A stretch of DNA of 64,000 nucleotides, taken from positions 719,634 to 783,633 of the forward strand of contig WNDS01000003.1 of the NCBI GenBank assembly GCA_009912235.1, given 5' to 3'. The position numbers and the translations under genes are program-made. Numbering within the stretch: position 1 is the stretch's first letter; each line of letters begins with the position of its first letter. A model generated the notes under the pieces. The model was not told the DNA's origin. It saw nothing but the letters and a program-made list of their open reading frames with translations, and ran no database searches. Of this stretch, positions 40,792 to 50,818 are shown piece by piece. Origin of the DNA: Stenotrophomonas maltophilia (GTDB lineage: Bacteria; Pseudomonadota; Gammaproteobacteria; Xanthomonadales; Xanthomonadaceae).

Positions 40792-41832
40792 TCAGTCGCG
40801 GCCGATCTTCGAGGACACGCGCCACAGGTCGACATCACCATCGGTGGCGTGCTGGTCGATGCGGGCCAGTTCCTCGGCACTGAAGGCCAGGTTGTGGACG
40901 GCATCGAGCGAGTCGTCGAGCTGTTCCAGCGTGCGCGCGCCGATCAGTGCCGAGCTGACGCGCGGGTCGCGCAGCGCCCAGGCAATGGCCATCTGGGCCA
41001 GGCTCTGCCCACGTTCCTGCGCGATCGCATCCAGTGCACGGATGCGCGCCAGGTTGCCTTCGCTCAGCATGCGCGAGGGCAGCGAGCCTTCGCGCTGCAC
41101 GCGTGCGCCGTCAGGCACGCCGTTGAGGTATTTGCCGGTGAGCATGCCCTGCGCCAGCGGCGAGAACGCGATGCAGCCGGCGCCCACTTCACCCAGTGCC
41201 TGCAGCAGGCCGTGCTCGATATCGCGGTTGAGCATGGAATAGTTGGGCTGGTGGATCAGCAGCGGTACGCCTTCGGAGGCGAGGATGGCGGCCGCTTCGC
41301 GGGTCAGCTGCGGCGAGTACGAGGAGATGCCCACGTACAGCGCCTTGCCCTGGCGGTGCAGCTGGGCCAGTGCGCCCATGGTCTCTTCCAGCGGCGTGTC
41401 CGGGTCCACGCGGTGCGAATAGAAGATGTCCACGTAGTCCAGGCCCATGCGGCGCAGGCTCTGTTCGCAGCTGGCGATCAGGTGCTTGCGGCTGCCGGTG
41501 GGGCCGCCGTACGGGCCGGGCCACATCTGCCAGCCGGCCTTGGTGGAAATGACCAGCTCGTCGCGGTGCGGGGCGAAATCCTGCGCCATCCAGCGGCCGA
41601 AGTTCTCCTCGGCCGAGCCGGCCGGCGGGCCGTAGTTGTTGGCCACGTCGAAGTGGGTCACGCCACGGTCGAAGGCGCGACGCAGCAGCGCGCGGCCGGT
41701 CTCGTAGACATCCACGCCGCCGAAGTTCTGCCACAGGCCCAGCGAGATGGCCGGCAGCACCAGGCCACGGGCGCCGACGCGGCGGTACGGCATGCGGCCG
41801 TCGTAACGGTCCGGGTTGGGGAGGTAGCTCAT
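40792..41832 (-). CDS. Aldo/keto reductase, L-glyceraldehyde-3-phosphate reductase (YghZ/Gpr family)
   Basis: SLGLWQNFG, ANNYGPP, DIFYSHR, GKALYVGISSY. Confidence 0.88.
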   Translation of the reverse strand: MSYLPNPDRYDGRMPYRRVGARGLVLPAISLGLWQNFGGVDVYETGRALLRRAFDRGVTHFDVANNYGPPAGSAEENFGRWMAQDFAPHRDELVISTKAGWQMWPGPYGGPTGSRKHLIASCEQSLRRMGLDYVDIFYSHRVDPDTPLEETMGALAQLHRQGKALYVGISSYSPQLTREAAAILASEGVPLLIHQPNYSMLNRDIEHGLLQALGEVGAGCIAFSPLAQGMLTGKYLNGVPDGARVQREGSLPSRMLSEGNLARIRALDAIAQERGQSLAQMAIAWALRDPRVSSALIGARTLEQLDDSLDAVHNLAFSAEELARIDQHATDGDVDLWRVSSKIGRD

Positions 41833-41967
41833 CGGTGCAATCACCCTGTGCGTGGGAAAAGAGGTCCGGCCGGGGCCATTCAGGCGTGGGCGTGGCCGGG
41901 AATGGATTGAATGATGTAACCAATATGGTTGAATGTGGCTCAACGCAGCAGTGAGCCAGGTACCGCC

Positions 41968-42882
41968 ATGGTCGTTTCTTCCCGGCCCATCCTCGGGGAC
42001 CTCAGCCTGTTCCTGACCATCGCCCGCCGTGGCAGCTTCCGCGATGCGGGGCGCGAGCTGGGCCTGACCACCTCGGCGCTGAGCCATTCGATGAAGAAGC
42101 TGGAGCACCGGCTGGGGGTGCGGCTGATCAACCGCACGCAGCGCTCGATCGCGCTGACGGTGGCCGGCGCGGAACTGGCCCAGGCGCTGTCGCGGGGGCT
42201 GGATGCCATCGAAGACGGCCTCAACGCGCTGGAGCTGCACAGCGCGGTACCCACCGGCCACCTGCGGCTGAATGTGCCGCACGATGCGGCGCTGCTGTTG
42301 GTGGCGCCGGTGCTGGAGCAGTTCGCCCTGACCTGCCCGGGCGTGCACCTGGACCTGGTGGTGGACGACCGCCCGATCGACCTGGTGGCCGAAGGCTTCG
42401 ATGCGGGCATCCGCTTCGGCGCGCTGGTGCCCAAGGACATGATCGCGCTGCCGCTGACCCCGCCGCTGCGCTGGGTGGTGGCCGCCGCGCCGGCCTACCT
42501 GCGCGCGCACGGGCAGCCGCGCACGCCAGCCGACCTGCACCGGCATACCTGCATCCAGATGCGCATCGGCGACAACTCGACCTACCCGTGGGAACTGGGC
42601 GATGGCCCGGCGCAGGTGCCGGTGAACGTACCGGGCACGATCCGCACCAATGATTCAGCCACGCGGGTCAGCGCGGTGGTGGCCGGGCTGGGGCTGGGCT
42701 ATTTCCTGGAACTGCGCATTGCCGAGGCGCTGCAGCAGGGGCAGCTGACCCTGGTGATGCCGGACTGGAGTTCGATGGATGAGCCGTACTGCATGTACTA
42801 CGCCAGCCGCCGGCAGCCACCGCCCGGGCTGCGGCAGCTGATCGCGCTGATCCGCCAGCGCCACCTGCCCGCGCAGGCCTGA
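41968..42882 (+). CDS. LysR-family regulator
   Basis: N-terminal HTH (SFRDAGRELG...LE.RLGVRL); DLVAEGFDAGIR. Confidence 0.88.
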   Translation: MVVSSRPILGDLSLFLTIARRGSFRDAGRELGLTTSALSHSMKKLEHRLGVRLINRTQRSIALTVAGAELAQALSRGLDAIEDGLNALELHSAVPTGHLRLNVPHDAALLLVAPVLEQFALTCPGVHLDLVVDDRPIDLVAEGFDAGIRFGALVPKDMIALPLTPPLRWVVAAAPAYLRAHGQPRTPADLHRHTCIQMRIGDNSTYPWELGDGPAQVPVNVPGTIRTNDSATRVSAVVAGLGLGYFLELRIAEALQQGQLTLVMPDWSSMDEPYCMYYASRRQPPPGLRQLIALIRQRHLPAQA

Positions 42883-42941
42883 GCACCGGGCACGGCAGGA
42901 CGCATCGCCCTGCCCTGCCTGCCCTTGCCCACCCGCTGGCC

Positions 42942-44516
42942 TTACTGTTCGGCCAGCGCGCCCGTGCGGGCCTGCAGTGCGACCTTGATTACCGCAGCGA
43001 CATCGGTGTTGTCCACGTAGCGCCCATCGTTGAGGCCGACATGGCGCGCGTAGCCGGCATCGGTACCGCGCACGCGGCTGGCGAAGCCATCAGCGCCAGC
43101 GCCCTTGGCCCACAGCGGCACCAGAGCGTTGGAATGGTTGTCGGTGGGCCGGAATGTCAGGCCCGGCAGCTGGCCCTTGCCCTTGTTCACCAGCGGCGCG
43201 AAAGCCACGCGGTCGGCGTCGGTGCCCATCGGCAGGCTGTTGTCGTGGTCGGTGGTGACGATCAGCAGGTTGCGTTCCCAGCCGCCGTTGGCCTCGATCC
43301 AGCGCACGACCTCGGCCACGGCGTTGTTGAAATCGGCGGTCTCTTCGATCAGGCGGCCGTACTCGGGTTCGTCGCCGCACACGCCGTAGTGCCATTCGGT
43401 GCCTCAGGCGCTGGTGTGCGCGGCCCAGTCGGTGGCGCCGCCTTCCACCATCAGGAACAGGCCCTTGTCGGACTGCCGTGCCAGATGCGTGAGCGCACCG
43501 CGGGTCATCAATGCCAGGTCGGGCACGCTGTCGATGCGGCGCACGCGCGAGGGCTGGGCGTCATCGCTGCCGAGCTCGGCCTGCTGGCGCGCCGGCTGCA
43601 GGGTGCGGGCCACCTGTGGCACGCCGATCACCGGGCCGCGCGTGGCCAGCCGGCCATCGGCCAGGCGGGCGAAATCCTCGCGGCTGCGCAGCAGGGTCCA
43701 GGCGCCGGCCGGGTTGCCGCCGATCACCTGCCCGGCCTGCAGCTGCTGCCAGTCCTGCTCGGCCACGAATTCCCACGGCGTGTCGCAACCTTCGCGCACC
43801 GTACCGGTGAGCGCGGCGCTGCACGGCTGGCCGTCGACGGTGTAATCCGGCGCGCCGGTGCCCATCACCAGGTCCAGGTGGCCCTGCGAGAGCATCTGGT
43901 GGGCGATGCCGTGGTAATCGTTGCGCGAAACGTTCTGCGCGGCGAACGCGGCCGGGGTGGCGTGCGCGAACGGCACCGTGGTGACCACGCCGGTGGCCAT
44001 GCCCAGGCGGCGCGCATGCAGCGTGCTGTAGTCCAGCGGCTGGCCGTGGTTGTCCACGTTGATGGCGTTGTTGTAGGTCTTGCTGCCCGAGGACAACGCG
44101 GTGCCGGCGGCGGCGCTGTCGGTGGCCACGGCGGCCAGGTACTGGAAACCGGCGAACGACAGGTCCAGCGCCTGCACCGGGGTGGCATCCCGCGCGCGGG
44201 CGGCGTCGTAGCCCAGCTTCTGCGCGCTGTCACCGGTGGGCTGGTTGCTGGTGTTCAACGGGAAGGTGGTCATGCCGTAGCGCTGCGGGAAGGCGGCGTA
44301 CGGCGTGCCCTCGCGGCTGCCGTACTGCCAGTACGCGGTGGCATCCCACGTGCCCCAGCCGGCGCCTTCGTTGATCATCACGATGATGTTGGTCGGTGCC
44401 TCCGGGGCACGCGGCGCCTTGGCCTGCAGCGGTGCACTGGCAAGCAGGCCGGCGGCCAGTAGGACGGACAGGTGCGCACGATGGCGCGCGGAACAGGAAG
44501 AGAGGAATCGGCTCAT
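42942..44516 (-). pseudogene. Alkaline phosphatase (PhoA family) with in-frame TGA
   Basis: TDSAAAGTA, HATPA, MVEGG, TTDHD; TGA at 43404-06; NEG in place of the metal-binding xDG motif. Confidence 0.85.
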
Positions 44517-44574
44517 CGTTACTGTGTAACAGATGAATGTTGCAGGTGTGTTGAGCACTGGCAGGGCACGGCCT

Positions 44575-45468
44575 TCAACGGCGGGCGAAGCGGCCGGGAG
44601 AAACGCCCACCACGTGACTGAACGCAGCGCTGAAGGTGCTGGTGGACGCATAGCCGACCTGCTCGGCCGCCCGCGCCACGGTGCTGCCCGGCACCTGCAG
44701 CAGGCCCTTGGCGGTTTCCATGCGCCAGCCCAGCACGTATTCCATCGGCGGCACGCCCACCGTGCGGGTGAAGCGTTCGAAGAACGTCGAGCGCGACAGC
44801 GCGGCGGCCTCGGCCAGCGCCGCCACCGTCCACGCATGCCCCACATCGGCGTGGATGCGCTGCAGCGCACGCGCTAGCCGTGCATCGCCCAGGCCACGCA
44901 GCAGCCCGGGCGGTGCCTGGGTGCCACTGCTCCAGCGCAGCGCTTCGAGCAGCAGCACGCGCACCAGCTGCGACAGCACGTACTCGTGGCCGGGGCGCCG
45001 CTGCTGGTATTCCTCGCCCACCCACTGCACCAGCTGCTGCAGGCGTGGCGCACCGCGAACGTGCACCACCACCGGCAACAGGGTGCTGAGCAGATGCGCA
45101 TGGCTGCCGGCGAAGGCGAATGCACCGCCCAGCGCGCGCATGTCCGCCGGGCCGTGCGGATCGCCATGGCGCAGCTCGCCTTCGCCGCCGCGCACCACGT
45201 CCGGGTCGATGAGCACCGGCGGTGCCGGAATGAAGCCGGACAGCGTTAAGCCCGGTGTGGTGGGCAACAGCACGAAATCGCCGGCCTGCAGGGTCAACGG
45301 CGCCTGCCCGTCCACCGCCAGCACCGCACTGCCCTCCAGCACGATGCAGAAGCCGGGCCGGCCGTAAGGGTTGTAGCGCACGGCCCACGCGCCCCGGCCG
45401 CTGATCAGGTTGGCCAGCTCCGCCTGCGGCTGCAGCAGCTGGACCACGTCGCTGAGGGGATCGCCCAT
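44575..45468 (-). CDS. AraC-family regulator (cupin + HTH)
   Basis: WTVAALA...LSRSTF; VGYAS..FSAAF. Confidence 0.88.
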   Translation of the reverse strand: MGDPLSDVVQLLQPQAELANLISGRGAWAVRYNPYGRPGFCIVLEGSAVLAVDGQAPLTLQAGDFVLLPTTPGLTLSGFIPAPPVLIDPDVVRGGEGELRHGDPHGPADMRALGGAFAFAGSHAHLLSTLLPVVVHVRGAPRLQQLVQWVGEEYQQRRPGHEYVLSQLVRVLLLEALRWSSGTQAPPGLLRGLGDARLARALQRIHADVGHAWTVAALAEAAALSRSTFFERFTRTVGVPPMEYVLGWRMETAKGLLQVPGSTVARAAEQVGYASTSTFSAAFSHVVGVSPGRFARR

Positions 45469-45567
45469 GGCCGGACTCCTGCCAAACTTTTCTGCATGCA
45501 GCGCCATCGTACATCCAGCCATGCCCGCCTATCGTGTGCCGCATCCTCCCTCTGCAAGGCCCCTTCC

Positions 45568-46332
45568 ATGAACACCGTCCTGATCACCGGCTGCTCATCC
45601 GGCTACGGCCTGGCCAGCGCCGCCCATTTCCTGGCCCGTGGCTGGCAGGTCATCGCCGCCGCCCGCACGCAGCGCCCCGACCTGCTGCCGCCCTCCCCCG
45701 CCCTGCGCGTGCTGCCGCTGGATGTCACCGACGCGGACAGCATCGCCGCTGCGCTGGCCGCCGCCGGGCCGATCGACGTGCTGGTCAACAACGCAGGCAT
45801 CGGCCTGTTCGGCGCCTTCGAAGCCACGCCCATGGCGACCGTGCGCGAGGTGTTCGAGACCAATACCTTCGGCCTGATGGCGCTGTGCCAGGCGGCGATT
45901 CCGCAGTTCCGCCAGCGCGGCAGCGGCTGCATCGTCAACGTCACCTCCAGTGCCACGCTGGCACCGTTCCCGCTGGTAGCCGCCTACACCGCCAGCAAGA
46001 CGGCCGTGGAAGGCTTCAGCACCTCGCTGGCACACGAACTGGGCAGCGTGGGGGTACGGGTGAAGCTGGTCGAACCGGGCTACGGGCCCGGCACGCGCTT
46101 CACCGCCAACGGGCAGGCACGCATGCAGGGGCTAGTCACCGAACCGTACCGTGCGTTCGCCGCACGGGCGTTCGCGGGCATGGCACAGATCACCGCGGTC
46201 ACCCAGGCTGAGGACGTTGCCGAAGCGGTCTGGCAGGCCATGCACGATGACGAGGGCCGCATGCATTTCCCGGCCGGTGCCGATGCGCTGGCGCTGGCCG
46301 AGCAGCGCTGGCGCAGCCGGGACCGTGGCTGA
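45568..46332 (+). CDS. SDR oxidoreductase
   Basis: TGCSSGYG, NNAG, YTASK. Confidence 0.88.
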   Translation: MNTVLITGCSSGYGLASAAHFLARGWQVIAAARTQRPDLLPPSPALRVLPLDVTDADSIAAALAAAGPIDVLVNNAGIGLFGAFEATPMATVREVFETNTFGLMALCQAAIPQFRQRGSGCIVNVTSSATLAPFPLVAAYTASKTAVEGFSTSLAHELGSVGVRVKLVEPGYGPGTRFTANGQARMQGLVTEPYRAFAARAFAGMAQITAVTQAEDVAEAVWQAMHDDEGRMHFPAGADALALAEQRWRSRDRG

Positions 46333-46392
46333 GACCGCGGCGACAGGGAGGTGCCACGCCGGGGCGGGCACCTCCGCTGCGCGGGCGCACGA

Positions 46393-47703
46393 TCAGCGCG
46401 GCGAGACCCGCCACACCACGTTGCCCACATCGTCGGCCGCCAGCAGCGCGCCGTCGCTGTCCATCGCCATGCCCACCGGCGCGCCCATCAGGGTCTTTTC
46501 ATCCTTGGACGCAAAACCACTCAGCACCGCCTGCGGCGGGCCGCTGGGCTTGCCGTTGGCGAACGGCACGTACACCACTTCGTAGCCGCTCAGCGGTGAA
46601 CGGTCCCAGCTGCCGTGCTCACCGATGAAGGCACCGCCGTGGTACTTCGCCGGCAGCGCCTGGCCGGTGTAGAACAGCAGGCCCAGCGGGGCCACGTGCG
46701 AGCCGATGGCGAAGTCCGGCACGATCGCCTTGGCCGCCAGGTCGGGGCGCTGCGGCTGCACGCGCTTGTCCACGTGCTGGCCGTAATAGCTGTAGGGCCA
46801 GCCGTAGAAGCCGCCTTCCTGCACCGATGTGAGGTAGTCGGGCACCAGGTCGGCGCCGATCTCATCACGCTCGTTCACCACCGCCCACAGCTTGCCGGTG
46901 CTCGGCCCCCAGTCCAGGCCGGTGGGGTTGCGCAGGCCCGAGGCGAAGATGCGGCTGCCGCCGGTGGCCACGTCCACTTCCAGCACCACCGCACGGCGGT
47001 ACTCGATTTCCAGGCCGTTCTCGGTGATGTTGCTGTTGGAGCCCACGCCCACGTACAGCTTGCTGCCATCGCGGCTGGCCAGCAGTTCCTTGGTCCAGTG
47101 GTGGTTGACCGTGCTGGGCAGGTCGGTGAACTTGCTGCCCTTGTCGGACATGCGCGTTTCGCCCGGCACGTAGTAGTACTTCATGATGTTGTCGGTGTTG
47201 GCGACGTACAGCGTGTCGCCGATCAGCTGGATGCCGAACGGCGAATGCAGGTTTTCGATGTAGACGTGCTGGGCCCAGGTGTTGCTGCCCGGCGCGCGGC
47301 GCAGCAGGGTGACCCGGTTGCCGCCCTTGCCGGCCTTGCCCGAGCGCGCCTTCACCTTGCCGGCAATCCACTGCTTGGGCGTGGTGACCGCTTCGGTACC
47401 CGGGCCGTTGCCTTCCACCACCAGCACATCGCCGTTGGGCAAGGTGAGCAGGCGGCGCGGGTGCTGCAGGTTGGCGGCAATGCGCTCCACCTTCAGGCCC
47501 TCGGCCACGGTGGGCGCCTGGCCATCGGCCCAGCCCACGCCCTTGGGCACCTGCATCGGCGGCACCAGGAAGTTTTTCGGCGCCGGCAACGGCGGCTTGG
47601 TGCCGGACTGTTCGGCCGGATCGTACTCGGCCTTGCCCGCACAGGCGGCCAGGGCCAGCGACAGCGCCAGGAGGCTGGCAGTGGCAACGATGCGCTTAGC
47701 CAT
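46393..47703 (-). CDS. Sorbosone dehydrogenase / PQQ-dependent sugar dehydrogenase lipoprotein
   Basis: LAAC lipobox, HHWTK, GLRNP, NERD, YGWPY, HGSW. Confidence 0.85.
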   Translation of the reverse strand: MAKRIVATASLLALSLALAACAGKAEYDPAEQSGTKPPLPAPKNFLVPPMQVPKGVGWADGQAPTVAEGLKVERIAANLQHPRRLLTLPNGDVLVVEGNGPGTEAVTTPKQWIAGKVKARSGKAGKGGNRVTLLRRAPGSNTWAQHVYIENLHSPFGIQLIGDTLYVANTDNIMKYYYVPGETRMSDKGSKFTDLPSTVNHHWTKELLASRDGSKLYVGVGSNSNITENGLEIEYRRAVVLEVDVATGGSRIFASGLRNPTGLDWGPSTGKLWAVVNERDEIGADLVPDYLTSVQEGGFYGWPYSYYGQHVDKRVQPQRPDLAAKAIVPDFAIGSHVAPLGLLFYTGQALPAKYHGGAFIGEHGSWDRSPLSGYEVVYVPFANGKPSGPPQAVLSGFASKDEKTLMGAPVGMAMDSDGALLAADDVGNVVWRVSPR

Positions 47704-48136
47704 GACGGGCTCCTTGCAGCACCGGCTGCTGCAGCGAAAGCAGGATCAAGCCCAGCGACAGCAGCAGCACGGTCAGCACCGACAGGACGGTGCCCGGCAC
47801 CGCCACCGCGTAGGCATCGCGGCTGTGCACGAACGCATTCCAGATGGTCAGCACCACCGCCGCCAGGTTCAGGAAGAAATCCACGCGGTCGATGCGCGTG
47901 GCATGGCTGTGCCGGCGCCACACCGCACCCAGGTTGATGATGCGCGGCAGGATGGCGATCAGCAGACCGAAGGTGATCAACCAGGCCGCCGACTTGCCCC
48001 ACATCACCTCGGCGGTGTTGAGGTAGAGGATGTCGAAGATCATGCCGGCCACGAAGAAGCCGAAGGGAATCGGGTTCAACAGGCTGAAAAGGGTAGTGCC
48101 CAGGCCGGGTCGGGCCAGGGCGACAGGGTTGACCAT
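47696..48136 (-). CDS. Four-TM membrane protein (DUF2231-like)
   Basis: Hydrophobic; NAFVHSRDAY; coupled to the dehydrogenase gene. Confidence 0.7.
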   Translation of the reverse strand: MVNPVALARPGLGTTLFSLLNPIPFGFFVAGMIFDILYLNTAEVMWGKSAAWLITFGLLIAILPRIINLGAVWRRHSHATRIDRVDFFLNLAAVVLTIWNAFVHSRDAYAVAVPGTVLSVLTVLLLSLGLILLSLQQPVLQGARHG

Positions 48137-48274
48137 TGTCGTGCTCCGTTCGGGGAAGGAACCGCCACGGCGGCGGACCGGGGTGGTGGCATCGACGGAG
48201 GTGTAACGCAGGGGCGGTGGAGGCGGCGCGATGGTGGCAGGCGCCCGCGCCGGCCATGTGCGCTGCCGCTGGGC

Positions 48275-49039
48275 TCAGCGCGTGGCCACGATGAACAGCC
48301 GCGGGAACGGCAGCAGCGCGGTACCATCGTCCAGCAGCGTGTAGGCGCGGGCGATGCCCTGCCGGTACTCGGCCAGAAACGAGGCCTGCTGGCTGCCATC
48401 CAGCGCGCCCAGGTACGGGCGCAGTGCCGAGCCCTTAAACCATTCGACGATGGCATCGATGCCGCCAGCCAGCGGATGCAGGTAGGTGGTGCGCCATATG
48501 TCCAGACGCCGGCAGTGTGGCTTCAGCAGCGCGTAGTACCACGCAGCCGGGTGCCGGTCGGGGTGCACCACGTGGCCGATGGCCGCACGCCACGGCCCAC
48601 TGGCCGCGACCTCACGCGCGACCCGGTGCGCAGGTTCTTCCAGGTTGTCCGGGGTCTGCACTGCCAGGCAGCCGCCTTCGGAAAGCTGCGCGAGCAGGTG
48701 CGGATACAGCGTTGCATGGTCGGGCAGCCATTGCAGCGAGGCATTGGCCAGGATCACATCCACCGGCGTGCTGGCGCGCCACTGCCCGATGTCGGCCACC
48801 TCGAACTGCAGCTGGGGAAGCCGCGCGCGTGCGCTGCGGATCATGTCATCGGAGCTGTCCAGCCCGCTGACCACCGCCTGCGGGTAACGCGCGGCCAGTA
48901 CGTCGGTGGAATTGCCCGGGCCGCAGCCCAGGTCCACCGCGGTGCTGGCCTGCTCGCGCGTGATCGCGTTGACCAGGTCACGCACCGGGCGCGTGCGTTC
49001 GTCTTCGAAACGGCTGTACTGGGTGGCAGACCAGGTCAT
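48275..49039 (-). CDS. tam: Trans-aconitate 2-methyltransferase
   Basis: ERTRPVRDL, DLGCGPGNST, NASLQW, FPRLFIVA. Confidence 0.92.
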   Translation of the reverse strand: MTWSATQYSRFEDERTRPVRDLVNAITREQASTAVDLGCGPGNSTDVLAARYPQAVVSGLDSSDDMIRSARARLPQLQFEVADIGQWRASTPVDVILANASLQWLPDHATLYPHLLAQLSEGGCLAVQTPDNLEEPAHRVAREVAASGPWRAAIGHVVHPDRHPAAWYYALLKPHCRRLDIWRTTYLHPLAGGIDAIVEWFKGSALRPYLGALDGSQQASFLAEYRQGIARAYTLLDDGTALLPFPRLFIVATR

Positions 49040-49150
49040 CGGCGGGCTCACAGGGAACAGGACACCGCCATTGTAGAACCGCGCAGGTAAAGCGCAGGTC
49101 ATGCAGCCGGGCGTTCCCGGCCGCACGTGGCCATCACGGCACGCGGTGCA

Positions 49151-49813
49151 TCACGCGCGGCAGGCCGGCACCGGCTGTTCACCGGCCATGTGCGCCGGCT
49201 CCAGCAGCAGCCGCTGCACGTCCGAGAACAGCGCTTCGCTGGCCATGCCGTAGGGAGCGAACAGGCGCAGCCGGCCCTGCCGGTCAAACACGTAGCCGCC
49301 GGCGGTGTGGCTCATGGTGTGGCTGCCCGGCACGGGGCCGGGTTCCTTTTCATAAAATGCCTTGAAGCGGCGGGCCATCGCATCGAGCTGGCGGTCATCG
49401 CCCACCAGGCCGATGGCCTGCGGGTCGAAGCCGTGCACGTAGGTGTCCAGCATCGCCGGTGTGTCGCGCTGCGGGTCGACGCTGACGAACACCACCTGCA
49501 GCTGGTCGGCCTGCGAACCCATCAGGTGCTTCACCCGGGCCATGTCGACCATCGTGGTCGGGCACACGTCCGGGCAGCTGGTGAAACCGAAGAACAGGTA
49601 GGTCACCTTGCCACACAGATCGGCGCTGCTGCGCATCACGCCGTGGGTGTCGGGCATCGACCAGTCGGTGCCCAGGCCCTGGCAGGCCACATCCTTGGCA
49701 TTGAAATCCATTCGGGTCTTGCCGCTGCAGCCGGCCAGCAGGGCCACGCCGAAGGCGAGGGCCAGTGCCGGCAGCTGCAGGCGGTGACGGACAGCGGTCA
49801 TGCGGGTTTTCAT
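49151..49813 (-). CDS. SCO/SenC-family copper chaperone lipoprotein
   Basis: LAGC, FGFTSCPDVCP, VDPQRD, SH. Confidence 0.88.
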   Translation of the reverse strand: MKTRMTAVRHRLQLPALALAFGVALLAGCSGKTRMDFNAKDVACQGLGTDWSMPDTHGVMRSSADLCGKVTYLFFGFTSCPDVCPTTMVDMARVKHLMGSQADQLQVVFVSVDPQRDTPAMLDTYVHGFDPQAIGLVGDDRQLDAMARRFKAFYEKEPGPVPGSHTMSHTAGGYVFDRQGRLRLFAPYGMASEALFSDVQRLLLEPAHMAGEQPVPACRA

Positions 49814-49842
49814 GGGGGACTGCCAGGGACCGCCGCGCGCGG

Positions 49843-50175
49843 TCAGTTGACCATCATGTGGTAGTGCATGCTCCAGATGATCCAGATGGAGAGCGCGACC
49901 ACGATGAACAGGATGACGAGGGTGAACACGAAGCTGGCCAGGTTCCAGCCGCCTTCGGACTTGCGGTTCATGTGCAGGAAGAACACCAGCTGCACCAGGA
50001 TCTGCGCCACCGCGAACCCGACCAGCAGCAACAGCGTCAGCGGCCGCGACAGCACCGGGTTCATCACCAGCGCGAACGGCACCAGGGTCAGCAGTGCGCA
50101 GAGCACGAAGCCCGTCAGGTAGGAACGGGTGGACCCGTGCCCGCTGCCAGCGCGCGTGGTGTCGACGTGGGCCAT
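49843..50175 (-). CDS. cyoD: Cytochrome bo3 oxidase subunit IV
   Basis: YLTGF, QILVQLVFFLHM, SIWI. Confidence 0.9.
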   Translation of the reverse strand: MAHVDTTRAGSGHGSTRSYLTGFVLCALLTLVPFALVMNPVLSRPLTLLLLVGFAVAQILVQLVFFLHMNRKSEGGWNLASFVFTLVILFIVVALSIWIIWSMHYHMMVN

Positions 50176-50176
50176 G

Positions 50177-50818
50177 TCAGAACGCTCCGAACAGGTAGAC
50201 GAAGGTGAACACGCAGATCCAGACCAGGTCCAGGAAGTGCCAGAACAGGCTCAGGCAGGACAGGCGCGTGATGTTGGTGGGGGTCAGCCCGCGGCGATGC
50301 ACCTGGTGCATCAGCACCGCCATCCAGATCAGGCCGCTGGCCACGTGCAGGCCGTGGGTGCCTACCAGCGCGAAGAACGCGGACAGGTAGGCGCTGGTGT
50401 GCGGGCCGGCGCCTTCGTGGATGAGGTGGTTGAACTCATATACTTCCATGCCGATGAAGCCGGCACCCAGCGCAAAGGTGATGCCCAGCCAGCGCAGCAC
50501 CGCACCGGCCTGCTGGCGGTGCATGGCCAGCACAGCCTGGCCGTAGGTGATGCTGGACACCAGCAGCAGGAAGGTTTCCACCAGCACGAACGGCAGCGAG
50601 AACAGCTCCTTGCCGGTCGGGCCGCCCGCGTAGGCGGTGCTGAGCACCGCGAACGAGGCGAACAGCGAACCGAACAGCACGCAGTCGGACATGAGGTAGA
50701 TCCACATGCCGAACACCTTCATGCCACCCTGCTCGTGGGCATGGTCGTGGTGGTCGTCGTGGTGGGCGTCGTGGGCCAGCGCGTCGCCGGCCACCTCCGG
50801 GCGGGTCAACAGGTTCAT
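50177..50818 (-). CDS. cyoC: Cytochrome bo3 oxidase subunit III
   Basis: [23 protein letters not shown]. Confidence 0.92.
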   Translation of the reverse strand: MNLLTRPEVAGDALAHDAHHDDHHDHAHEQGGMKVFGMWIYLMSDCVLFGSLFASFAVLSTAYAGGPTGKELFSLPFVLVETFLLLVSSITYGQAVLAMHRQQAGAVLRWLGITFALGAGFIGMEVYEFNHLIHEGAGPHTSAYLSAFFALVGTHGLHVASGLIWMAVLMHQVHRRGLTPTNITRLSCLSLFWHFLDLVWICVFTFVYLFGAF

